Below are positions 1 through 8,630 of a stretch of DNA of 64,000 nt, one piece after another. The stretch comes from Armatimonadota bacterium. Its GTDB lineage: Bacteria > Armatimonadota > Fervidibacteria > Fervidibacterales > Fervidibacteraceae. The number at the start of each line of letters is the position of its first letter. The first letter of the stretch is position 1. The notes below the pieces were generated by a model. The model had not been told where the DNA came from, did no database searches, and worked only from the letters and a program-made list of their open reading frames with translations. Both the position numbers and the translations under genes were made by a program. Where the stretch lies: NCBI GenBank assembly GCA_032160945.1, contig JAVHTL010000003.1. The stretch is one strand, 5' to 3'.

Positions 1-98
1 CCGCGCACATATGGGAACTGGAACCAAAGCAAAGCGAAAACAATCCCTGCCCACCAGCAAGCGACAATGACCAATTGCCTTCGTTGCCGCTCAGTCAT
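1..98 (-). CDS. 5' fragment of a probable membrane protein (runs off window start)
   Basis: Read by eye, not in the ORF track. ATG at 98 follows a GGGGTGA SD-like motif and gives MTERQRRQLVIVACWWAGIVFALLWFQFPYVR, a basic N-terminus plus hydrophobic helix, open to the window edge. Confidence 0.4.
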   Translation of the reverse strand, partial: MTERQRRQLVIVACWWAGIVFALLWFQFPYVR

Positions 99-215
99 TG
101 TCAAGTCACCCCAAGCGAGTTCGGAGTGAGAGTGAACACCCCAAACAAACTTTGCCAGAACAATGCATAAAAGGCAAAATGAAAGCGAGCCGAATTTTCA
201 TTGAGGTGAACGCCG

Positions 216-1034
216 ATGGCTTTCACTGTTGAGGACTTGACCGATTTGATTGCGATTTTGGAACAGCGACCTGAATGGCGGGAGCGGTTGAGGCAAATTC
301 TGCTTGCAAAAGAAATTCTTGAATTGCCCCAACTCGTTGAGCGAATCGCCCGAGCCATTGACAAGTTGGTGCAAGAGGCTGAGGAAAGTCGGCAGTGGCG
401 CAGGAAGGTTGACGAATGGAGGAAAGAAGCGAATGAAAGGTGGCAACAAGTGTTGTCAGAGTTGCAAGAGATGAGAGAGTGGCAACGGGAAGTGATTGAA
501 TGGCAACGACAAGTCACCCGATGGACGGAAGACATGAGCCTATGGCGAAAGAAGGCTGAAAACGATTTTGCTTACTTGAATGGCTCGAACCGAGAGCGTT
601 ACTATCGCGATAAGGCTCATGCTCTATTCGGGCGGTTGGTAAGGCACGGTAGAGATGCCACGATCAAAGTCATGGAAAGGCTACAGGAAGCGTTGAAGGC
701 AGGTCAAATTTCCCGCAAGGAAATGAATGCGCTCAGCGATTCTGATGTCCTTTGGCTCGGCGAATATGGTGGTGTTCCCGTTTTGCTTGTGTGCGAAGTT
801 TCCTTCACGGTCAGTGGTCAAGATGTCATCAAAACTGTCCATTGCGCTGAAATCGCTCGCAAACTCGGTTACATCGCTGTGCCTGTGGTTGCGGGTGCCG
901 AAATTCCCGATGAAGTTCGCGATCAAGCAAAGGTTGTAAATGTCATCATCATGACCGATGGCGAGTTTGACCACGAGTATGCAGAGCAAATTTTGAAGCG
1001 AACGGTTGAAAGGGCAGGTAGCAAACATGCTTGA
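216..1034 (+). CDS. Coiled-coil protein with C-terminal PD-(D/E)XK-like domain (family expanded in thermophiles)
   Basis: GAGGTGA SD. W/E/R-rich heptad coiled coil, then D..V-x10-LLVCEVS..V...DV and VPVVAG motifs. Confidence 0.6.
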   Translation: MAFTVEDLTDLIAILEQRPEWRERLRQILLAKEILELPQLVERIARAIDKLVQEAEESRQWRRKVDEWRKEANERWQQVLSELQEMREWQREVIEWQRQVTRWTEDMSLWRKKAENDFAYLNGSNRERYYRDKAHALFGRLVRHGRDATIKVMERLQEALKAGQISRKEMNALSDSDVLWLGEYGGVPVLLVCEVSFTVSGQDVIKTVHCAEIARKLGYIAVPVVAGAEIPDEVRDQAKVVNVIIMTDGEFDHEYAEQILKRTVERAGSKHA

Positions 1035-1087
1035 CAAAATTAATGTAGCACGAATCGCCATTTAACCTTTCGCTGGAGTGATCACAA

Positions 1088-1969
1088 ATGGAGCAAATGA
1101 ACCCAATGCGTGTCGGAACAAAAATCAGCGAAAGGTTGGCAGGATGGTTGCTTTTGCTCCCACTTTCCATCGCTTTCTGGCTGTTCACTTTAGGCTTAGC
1201 CGTATTTTTCCTGTCCGCTTTTGCGAACACTGCTTATCGTCACTCGTTTGGTGAGAATTTGTTCGTTGTTGCTGCCGTTTGTCTTGTCATCGGAATGTTG
1301 AGTTTTGTCTCTTATGTCCTTTCAGGGAAGTTGCATGATGCATTAGCGGTCTATGAGTTCAATGAACACGGTGTTGCTAAGGAGTCGCCTTTTTACCGCC
1401 AAGAAGCCCGATGGTCGCAAGTTGCAGGCTGGGCATTGTCTATCAATGACCAAACTTGGTGGCTGTTGGACGCTGAAGGTCGCCCATTGCTTAGCCTTGA
1501 ATGGCATCTTTTGCCGTCGGAACAAATAAGGCAAGCGAAAGCGTTTACCTGCAAGCAACTTTTGCAATTCTTACCTTACGCAAAACGGATTCAACCCGGA
1601 CTGTGGCAGCGATGGGGCATTGTTGGGAGCGTGGGAAGTTTGCTTATAATCGGCGGTTTCCTTGGTTGGTATTTGAATCGTCAAATAGAAGTCATTGCAA
1701 TTGGAGCAACCTCGGTGCTTATTGGCGGCGTTCTGTTTGGAGCACTTTATTTGTTCAGCGTGCCTGCCCGTGCTCTTTTCATTGTTCATGGCGATTGGCT
1801 GGGTGAACCTAAATCAGGGGTAGCCGTTCACTTGCCGATGGTTTGGAGACTTATCCCAAAACCTTATGGTATGCTCATTGTTGCCACTGATGGTCAACGA
1901 CTCTTCGTGCCCAAAGAGTTTGAGTGGTTGGTGGAGTATGTGAAAGAGCGGGTGCTTCAGTCAAGTTAA
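1088..1969 (+). CDS. Hypothetical membrane protein (about 4 TM helices alternating with small soluble domains)
   Basis: 293-aa ORF with two pairs of hydrophobic helices and a GGAGTGA SD. Confidence 0.7.
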   Translation: MEQMNPMRVGTKISERLAGWLLLLPLSIAFWLFTLGLAVFFLSAFANTAYRHSFGENLFVVAAVCLVIGMLSFVSYVLSGKLHDALAVYEFNEHGVAKESPFYRQEARWSQVAGWALSINDQTWWLLDAEGRPLLSLEWHLLPSEQIRQAKAFTCKQLLQFLPYAKRIQPGLWQRWGIVGSVGSLLIIGGFLGWYLNRQIEVIAIGATSVLIGGVLFGALYLFSVPARALFIVHGDWLGEPKSGVAVHLPMVWRLIPKPYGMLIVATDGQRLFVPKEFEWLVEYVKERVLQSS

Positions 1970-2268
1970 GTGGTGCGAGCGTGTTCTCTTTGGGCGAAAA
2001 CCTTCTCCCGCTCGTTTTCAGGTGCTACGGCGAAAAAGAGAGTTTCAAGGGCACGCAAAATGGCTTCTTTTTCGTCCTTGCAAAATCCCGACCGAATTAG
2101 CCAGTTGACAATTGCTTTCGCCTTTGGGCTTTCCGCAATTGAGCGTCCAATCAATTCCCAACGGCGGATTTCCGTTGCTCGCTTTAAAACTTCAAGGTCA
2201 TGCTCAAGTTCCTCTGGACCAAGCAACTCTTCTTCGGGTTCATGTGGCGTGTAGCGTTTCTCCACCAT
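1966..2268 (-). CDS. Small acidic protein, candidate antitoxin partner of the PIN protein
   Basis: 100 aa. Its start overlaps the stop of the upstream PIN gene at 2268, indicating translational coupling. Confidence 0.55.
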   Translation of the reverse strand: MVEKRYTPHEPEEELLGPEELEHDLEVLKRATEIRRWELIGRSIAESPKAKAIVNWLIRSGFCKDEKEAILRALETLFFAVAPENEREKVFAQREHARTT

Positions 2269-2828
2269 TATTGCTCACTCCTTGCTTTCTTTACGGCTTC
2301 ATCAATGAGTTCTTGCGAATAGAAGGTCCCGCTTCTACGACAAATTTCCAGCGCTTCTTTTAATTCATCTGGCGAAATCAAGCCTTGTTGCGCCGCCAGT
2401 ATCAAGATGCCGACAAAGCCAGTGTATTCTAAGCCCAATTGCGCAGCCACTGTTCGTGCAGAACGCTCTTCCAGCAAAATGTAACGGGCATTCAAATCAC
2501 CCCGCATCATCAGCACCATTGCCTTTGCTTCGGGTAAATGGGCTTTTGGGTCTTTGTTTCTCGCCAAACCAGCAATCATTTCCGCAACCTTCAACGCTTC
2601 CCGTTCTTCATCCTCGCTCAAACCCACAACAACCAAAAAACCTTCCTTCACCAAATCATCAACTTCCTCTCCCGCTCCGTGCTCTCGCAATTCTGCCACT
2701 TGGTCAGGCGTTATGTAGATGGCTTCGTGAAAGTGTTTCAAGATGTCAATGCGACCGCACTGAAAAGCCGAAAGCAGCGGACCTGTGTTGCTGACTGCCC
2801 GAATTTTGACAATCGCTTTCGTCGCCAT
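2268..2828 (-). CDS. PIN-domain protein, DUF3368-like putative toxin
   Basis: VSNTGPL, V.AEL, GLSEDEE.EAL, ILLEERSAR..A..LGL..TG.VGIL..A..QGLI match the DUF3368/PIN pattern. Confidence 0.8.
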   Translation of the reverse strand: MATKAIVKIRAVSNTGPLLSAFQCGRIDILKHFHEAIYITPDQVAELREHGAGEEVDDLVKEGFLVVVGLSEDEEREALKVAEMIAGLARNKDPKAHLPEAKAMVLMMRGDLNARYILLEERSARTVAAQLGLEYTGFVGILILAAQQGLISPDELKEALEICRRSGTFYSQELIDEAVKKARSEQ

Positions 2829-2846
2829 TTATCAGCACCGCCTAAC

Positions 2847-2947
2847 GCGTCAGTTAAAAGCCGACGCTACATTTTGGAACTTCAACAGTGTTGCCCCTTA
2901 TGGGCGATGGTAGTTAATTTCCGTTGGGGACAAGCCCCGACGCTACC
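2847..2947 (-). repeat. Two GTAG-type REP-like hairpins in tandem
   Basis: Minus strand TGTAGCGTCGGCTTTTAACTGACGC (2847-2871) and GTAGCGTCGGGGCTTGTCCCCAACG (2922-2946). Each is GTAG followed by an imperfect palindrome. Confidence 0.65.
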
Positions 2948-2959
2948 AATTGCATGCCC

Positions 2960-5551
2960 CTAATCCAGCAAACGCACTATCACTTTTCCGATTGCGACTT
3001 TCGTGCTCCCTTTAGACTGCGACCAGCGGCGCGGTGAAATGACAACGGCACCCCGCTCAATTGCCGGAACTCCGTTGAAGTTTTCGTCAGCGACGGAGAA
3101 CAATTGTTTGCCGTCAAGCCATGCAGTTATTCGGTTACCCTCAACGCGGACGGTAACTTCGTGCCATTCGTTGTCGGGCGTCCATTTAGCCAATGCAAGT
3201 GGATTGTCATCGCCAGTGCTGACACCGTTTCGTGCTTTATGCAAATGAATTACACCGCCTTGACCGTGATAGAAGTTGAGAGAGTAAGCGTTATTGACAT
3301 CCGTCCACCTGAAGCCGAGCCAAAAACCGTCGCGCCAATCGCTGCCGAACTCCAAAACTCGGAAACGCACGGTGACCTCATAGTTGCGCCACCAGTCAAA
3401 TCCAATTTTGCTACCCAATGCAATAAAGCCATCTGTTCCGCCATCAGCGCCGTAGTAAATTCCACCTTGTATTTTCCACTCGCCGATCAAAGGCATCCAT
3501 GTGGGGCGCCCGTCACTTCCGTCGGGGTAAAGCGAAAAATCATCGTCATAAGGGTTGCCGGCGAAAGTCACTCTCGCAAATCGGTCAGGTTCGTGAAACC
3601 AAACGACGCATTTTGACCATGAGAGCAAAAGCGGGTCATCCTCTTTGCCTTTGGGTCTGTCAATGCGATAAAGGTTGAGGCGCCAAGAGAGACCGGGACG
3701 CGGAGCGAGGGACTGAGGATGGGCAATCACTGACAACGGGATCGCCATCTCAACAGTCCAACCTTCATCTTTGTCGTCTCGCTTGTTCACAGTCCCGCGA
3801 ACTTTAACTGCGCTCAACCAGCCTTGACAGTTCCATTCAGCGTTCTTCTTGCCGTGCTTGACACCTTCAACGGCGTCGGGAATGAGCAAGTCAATTTCCG
3901 TGCCCAACGGGTTGACTTGAAACTCGTAATAGTTTAAGCCGTCGCCATCGGGATCAATGAACGCCTCAACGACTTCCTCTTCCCAAAGGAAATCGTCCCG
4001 CTGCGTTTTCGTCGCCCAAATGTCATCGTCGGAGCACTCAAAGGCAATGTAAAGGTAACGGTCATCCCAAAGCAGGCGAGCGAATGTCTTTGGGGCACTG
4101 CGACCTTTGATGTCCTTCAGTTCAAGTGGTTCAGCCATTTGCCATTCAGGCTCGTCCAAAACCCCATCAATCCGCAACGGATTTTGGGTTCGGTAGACAA
4201 CAGTGTGAGCGATTGGCGGTCGCTCTTGAACGGTTTGGGCAATCCATCGCAATAAATCTGTCAAGAGTGGCAATTTCGCTTCTGTTTGCCAAAGAGTGTG
4301 CCAAACATAAACAAGTCGCCCCGCAGCGAAATCACCAGTCCGGTATTCCAAAACCGCAGCACCATCACCGTATTCGTTGCCCCTATCGTCACGCAAAGTC
4401 AAAATCGGCGTGTAAACGAAGTCAACACCTTCAACACCTTTCGGCTTGACAATAGGTCGCCACCGCAAGTCGCCTTCTGTAGGGAACGGGATGGTTTCGG
4501 GCAGATTAGGGACAATGTTCTGATTTGGGTTGCGATGGAAGGTCAACTTAATGCCCTGCGGCGGTTTCTCCCAACCGCCACGAACGGGGAGACCAAAGGC
4601 TTCCGCATTGCCGACAGGTTTGCCAGATTGGTCGTAGAAGAACGGGAAAGGTTGCGACGCGAAAACGAGCAAAATCCCACCATCACGCAAAAATTTGCGA
4701 ACCGCTTCAATGGCGTCGTTTTGTCTTCCAACCGTGTAGTAAAACCGCTCGCCCGAAAGATAGAAAGCGACGGGAAAGCGCTGGGCAGTGAAGAAGTTTT
4801 CGTCAACAAGTTGCGACGGCGAAAGCAAAATCCAATGTTCCGTCAAACCTGCTTTGCTCAAGAGCGAAAACAACGGATGACTTTGAGCGGAGTCAGGTGG
4901 CGGGACTGGCAAAGCAGCGACGCGACCTTTCAATGGTGATAAAACCTCCCGTAACTCACGCAGTTGGGCAACAATTTTCTGCTCTTCCTGCCATTGTTCA
5001 CGCCTGCGGTTCAGCAAAGTCAATGTCTCTCTCAATTCGTCTTCGCTATGCATGCTTAAAGTCAATGCAAACAAATCTGCGCCCTCAACCCGAATCGCCT
5101 TTACAACTCGTCCCTCGTCTCGCGTCCCTCGTCCCGTCCGTATCACTGCCATGTCAAGGTGCCAATTGTAAAGCGGCGGGTGAGCAGTGATGACTGGGAC
5201 TGCGTCGGCAAGCGAAAATTTTTGCTCGCTTCCGTCGGTAAAGCGCAGGATTAGGAGAGCATCGGGTTGTGGATTTGCGATCAGCGCAAAAACGAAATTG
5301 GCGCGGGCGTTGACGGGGACATCGGTATCGCGGACGATTGCTTTGCCATTGTTCAAAACTGGGTCAATGATTACGAACGGGATGCCCAAAACCCATCGCT
5401 TGCCGGGAATCAAACCCGCAAACGATTTCGGGTCATCCCAATTGGCATAAAGTGTGCGGTTGCAATGTGGAGCCAAATTGACGATGAAAAATTTTTCGCT
5501 GTTTACACTCAACAACATCGCGAAAACCATCCACCAAACCATCGCTATCAC
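2960..5551 (-). CDS. Secreted multidomain carbohydrate-binding protein (GATase/ThuA-like + CBM9-like + DUF1080-like)
   Basis: Signal peptide. FLRDGGILLV segment, IDGVLDEPEW..A/RLLWDDRYLYIAF/EVVEAFIDP/YYEFQVNPLG (CBM9-like), and WHEVTVRVEGNRITAWLDGK (DUF1080/ConA-like). Confidence 0.7.
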   Translation of the reverse strand: MIAMVWWMVFAMLLSVNSEKFFIVNLAPHCNRTLYANWDDPKSFAGLIPGKRWVLGIPFVIIDPVLNNGKAIVRDTDVPVNARANFVFALIANPQPDALLILRFTDGSEQKFSLADAVPVITAHPPLYNWHLDMAVIRTGRGTRDEGRVVKAIRVEGADLFALTLSMHSEDELRETLTLLNRRREQWQEEQKIVAQLRELREVLSPLKGRVAALPVPPPDSAQSHPLFSLLSKAGLTEHWILLSPSQLVDENFFTAQRFPVAFYLSGERFYYTVGRQNDAIEAVRKFLRDGGILLVFASQPFPFFYDQSGKPVGNAEAFGLPVRGGWEKPPQGIKLTFHRNPNQNIVPNLPETIPFPTEGDLRWRPIVKPKGVEGVDFVYTPILTLRDDRGNEYGDGAAVLEYRTGDFAAGRLVYVWHTLWQTEAKLPLLTDLLRWIAQTVQERPPIAHTVVYRTQNPLRIDGVLDEPEWQMAEPLELKDIKGRSAPKTFARLLWDDRYLYIAFECSDDDIWATKTQRDDFLWEEEVVEAFIDPDGDGLNYYEFQVNPLGTEIDLLIPDAVEGVKHGKKNAEWNCQGWLSAVKVRGTVNKRDDKDEGWTVEMAIPLSVIAHPQSLAPRPGLSWRLNLYRIDRPKGKEDDPLLLSWSKCVVWFHEPDRFARVTFAGNPYDDDFSLYPDGSDGRPTWMPLIGEWKIQGGIYYGADGGTDGFIALGSKIGFDWWRNYEVTVRFRVLEFGSDWRDGFWLGFRWTDVNNAYSLNFYHGQGGVIHLHKARNGVSTGDDNPLALAKWTPDNEWHEVTVRVEGNRITAWLDGKQLFSVADENFNGVPAIERGAVVISPRRWSQSKGSTKVAIGKVIVRLLD
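3694..3721 (+). repeat. Intragenic degenerate heptamer run
   Basis: CGGGACG CGGAGCG AGGGACT GAGGATG, encoding HPQSLAPRPG in the 863-aa protein. Confidence 0.5.
5108..5135 (-). repeat. Intragenic heptamer run (GGGACGA family)
   Basis: TCGTCCC TCGTCTC GCGTCCC TCGTCCC, encoding GRGTRDEGR. Confidence 0.75.
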
Positions 5552-5596
5552 ACCTCACTTGTTGAAGTTGCCCATCCAAATTTTGCGACATTGTCT

Positions 5597-5933
5597 CCGA
5601 ATAAATTCGGCACTCATTTGCTCCGTCTGCGACTGCTGGCTAAAGCCAATGGCATGAATGATGTTCGTTGAGCGTTGCGAGTTGAGTGTTGTGCGTTGAG
5701 CGTTAACAAAACAAACCATGCTACAGACTTTAGCCCGTGTTCGGTGATAAACTCGGAAGGGCAAGCCTCTGGCTTGCTAAAATTTTTCCGCAGGGGCGAA
5801 TGAAATCCTTAGTAATTTTCGGGCAGGTTTCACCTGCCCCTACAAATTTTTGGGTCGGGCAGTAGCCCGACCTTCCGAATGCTTTAGTCGGCAAGGTAAA
5901 TTTTCATCGGCATGGTTTAAAACCGTGCCCTAC
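5597..5933. repeat. Intergenic mosaic of REP-like palindromes and a heptamer run
   Basis: CCGAATAAATTCGG 5597-5610; six CGTTGAG-like heptamers 5666-5707; GCAAGCC-TCT-GGCTTGC 5761-5777; GTAG REP 5821-5844; GGTCGGGC-AGTA-GCCCGACC 5853-5872; GTAG REP 5908-5933. Confidence 0.75.
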
Positions 5934-5934
5934 T

Positions 5935-6759
5935 TTAACCGCGCAATTCAATGAGCACGACGATGCCGATCGCTGACAAAGTTGCAAGCACCAAAATAGA
6001 GCGCCCGATTGGGTTAAGTGCAGCGAGCAAAGCGATCCATAAACTCACTATCGGGAACGAAATGACGAAGGCGATTGTGGCTCTCTTCATGGCTGTTCTA
6101 TCGCTCGCTGCTGCGAGCAAGTAAACCCAAATCGGGGCGCTCAATTCGTAACCGCAAGATTGACATTGCACAGCGAACAATGAAACGGGCGATTTGCATT
6201 GGGGGCAAAACTTTCCCTTTGTTTCCGCTTCGCTTTTCAATTGTTTTGCTCGCACTAACTTTCGCCGTTCCGTTGCATCGGTCGGAGCGAGTTGAACTGC
6301 CCGCTCGTAGCACGCAATTGCGTCATCGTATCGCTTCGCTTCCAAGTAAAGGTCTCCCAGTGCGCTCCAAGCGGCTGCATTTTTGGGGTCTCGTTCAATT
6401 GCTGCTCTGTATCGTGCTTCTTCCTCTTGCTGAATTTGCTTGACTAAACTTTTTTCTGCTGCAAATTGAGCCATCGCCCACAAAGCAACCAAACCTGCAG
6501 CGGCAAGGAACAGAGCGAAAACCAGCGGACTGTTCCAAAGGGAAACCACACCGATGAGCAAACCGGCAACGAAAAGCAAACCCATTGCAGCGTGACTTCC
6601 CGAAAGTTCGCCTTCAACGATTCGCCCAACTATTGCAGCACCCACAATTGACACAACCAAAATCAGAGCAGCGAGCCTAATACCAGCCTCAAATGCTGCC
6701 GCAAAGGCTCCAAACATCTGTCTCATCCCTCCCGAACCGAAAAGGTTTTCGCTGTGCAA
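5935..6759 (-). CDS. Membrane protein with TPR and double zinc ribbon
   Basis: AIERDPKNAAAWSALGDLY...YDDAIACYERAVQLAP (TPR); CPQC..CQSC zinc ribbon; TM helices at both ends. Confidence 0.8.
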   Translation of the reverse strand: MHSENLFGSGGMRQMFGAFAAAFEAGIRLAALILVVSIVGAAIVGRIVEGELSGSHAAMGLLFVAGLLIGVVSLWNSPLVFALFLAAAGLVALWAMAQFAAEKSLVKQIQQEEEARYRAAIERDPKNAAAWSALGDLYLEAKRYDDAIACYERAVQLAPTDATERRKLVRAKQLKSEAETKGKFCPQCKSPVSLFAVQCQSCGYELSAPIWVYLLAAASDRTAMKRATIAFVISFPIVSLWIALLAALNPIGRSILVLATLSAIGIVVLIELRG

Positions 6760-6869
6760 CTTGCATTTACATTTTGCCTTTTCGGGTGTGAGGATGGTCA
6801 GTATAGACGATTTGCTGATGTTGGCTTATCATTTTAACAGCGGGAATTTGCAAGGTGAGGTGAAAGGCG

Positions 6870-8585
6870 GTGCGCACAAGTTGGTGTTGGTTGTTGGTTT
6901 GTGCTTTGTTTGGGAAAGTTTTCGGTCAAGTTGGGTTCAGTGCAAAAACGCCTATCGGAGGCTGGATTCAATCTTCAGGCAACTCAAGCGACTTGACACT
7001 TACTCTCGGCGCCGCAGGCAAAAGCGTCTGGCAGCCTTTTGATGTTGAGCGGTGGTTCAACTGGTTGGAAGAGAGCAATGGTGTTTCAGGAGCACTTTTT
7101 TTGGCGAAATGGTGGCTCTCAGAAAATTGGAGCGAGGCAAAAACTTATTCATTGCCATCATTCTCTGTTTTCCTTAGACCCCGTGAAATGGCTGCAAGGG
7201 GAACTGGTGATAGGGCAACTTGGGAGCATTTGAGTTCGGCAACATTCAGTTACCACCCGACACAGCGATGGGGAGTTTTGGTTCAGTTGCGACACAGAGA
7301 TTTTTTGCCCTTGATTGATGCCTACCCTATGCCAACCATTGAAGTTGCGACAGTTCGTGGCTTCATCGGCACGACAGTTTGGGAGTTTGGGCGAAACTAC
7401 TACCGATGGGGCGTGGGTTTCCTTGGGACGCCTTTGATTTCCGATCACGGTTATCCCCTTGACGGGATTTCTTTCAGCCTTCAAGCGAAATTGCCCATCA
7501 TCGGTCGTTGGAGAATTAGGCAACTTGCTGGCTATTTGCACGGCGACTTGCCAGGGAGGTTTCTCGTCGCTCGTCGTTGGGAACGAAATTTCGGCAGCCG
7601 TTTATCTCTCGGAGCGACAGAGATTAGCCTGTCTCGCTCCTTTTACCCTTTGGTCCTTTTCCTACCCATTTACCCGACTACTCGTTTGGCTGTCCTTAGC
7701 GGTTGGCGAGGCGAAAACAGCGACCAAGTGATTTTTAACTTGGACTTCACTTACCGAACCAGTGGGCTTGACATCTATGGTGCATGGGTCGCTGACGATT
7801 TGAAGTTGCGTTGGTGGCGCAAGGAAGAACGAATTCAGCGAAAACTCGGTTGGATTTTCGGAGTCCAAAGGGAAGAGAAGGAATGGGCTTTAGGTGCTGA
7901 ATATGCTTCCTTTGACCGACTGACATACACTCACAGCGTCCAACCACCTCACATCTATCAGGGCGTTGGATTGGGTTACCCGACTGGTGCAGACTCAAGA
8001 AGCGTTGCCTTTTGGGGTCGGTGGAAATTTATGCCGAAGTTGCAACTGAGTGGAATTTTGACGAGAGTTTGGCTTGATAGAAAGACTCAAAACAGAGACA
8101 ATGAGCGACACTGGGCTTTAAGTTTGCAATGGATTGCCTCACAAAACGCTCTTCTCGCCTTGCACTGGACTCAAGGCTACCCGCCAAAGTGGGGAGTTGG
8201 TGGTGGTTGGTCGGAAACTCAAGAGCGGACGAGGTTTTTGATTTTGGAAGGTCGCTTCTTTGGGTTGTGGTCACAGAAAGAAGAAAAAGCAGAAGAGAAA
8301 GCAAAAGAAATCCCTGCTCAGGAAACGCAACCTGAAACTAAGGTTGAAGGAGAATTCGCGCTGTTGACATCCCTGAGTGGAAGAAAAGGCACGATTTCGG
8401 CTGGAAGCCGTCAAGGAATCAAAGTCGGAATGAAATTGCCTATTGCTGACTTCGCAACGGGCAATTTGCTCGGCTACTTTATCGTGACACAAGTCAGACA
8501 AGATGAAGCGAGCGGGCAAGTGGAAAGTTTGCCTAACAGAATCGTGCCAGTGGGTTCAAAAGTGATTTTAAGCCAAAAGCGATAA
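6870..8585 (+). CDS. Capsule assembly Wzi-like outer-membrane barrel fused to an FlgT-C-like domain
   Basis: Signal peptide, aromatic beta-strands, FGRNYYRWGVG...LISDHGYPLDG and TYTH...GVGLGYPTGADS (Wzi-like), C-terminal ISAGSRQGIKVGMKL. Confidence 0.6.
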   Translation: MRTSWCWLLVCALFGKVFGQVGFSAKTPIGGWIQSSGNSSDLTLTLGAAGKSVWQPFDVERWFNWLEESNGVSGALFLAKWWLSENWSEAKTYSLPSFSVFLRPREMAARGTGDRATWEHLSSATFSYHPTQRWGVLVQLRHRDFLPLIDAYPMPTIEVATVRGFIGTTVWEFGRNYYRWGVGFLGTPLISDHGYPLDGISFSLQAKLPIIGRWRIRQLAGYLHGDLPGRFLVARRWERNFGSRLSLGATEISLSRSFYPLVLFLPIYPTTRLAVLSGWRGENSDQVIFNLDFTYRTSGLDIYGAWVADDLKLRWWRKEERIQRKLGWIFGVQREEKEWALGAEYASFDRLTYTHSVQPPHIYQGVGLGYPTGADSRSVAFWGRWKFMPKLQLSGILTRVWLDRKTQNRDNERHWALSLQWIASQNALLALHWTQGYPPKWGVGGGWSETQERTRFLILEGRFFGLWSQKEEKAEEKAKEIPAQETQPETKVEGEFALLTSLSGRKGTISAGSRQGIKVGMKLPIADFATGNLLGYFIVTQVRQDEASGQVESLPNRIVPVGSKVILSQKR

Positions 8586-8630
8586 TGACATTAACGCCAA
8601 AGCAAAATTGAACAAGCCAATTTTGTGCTC

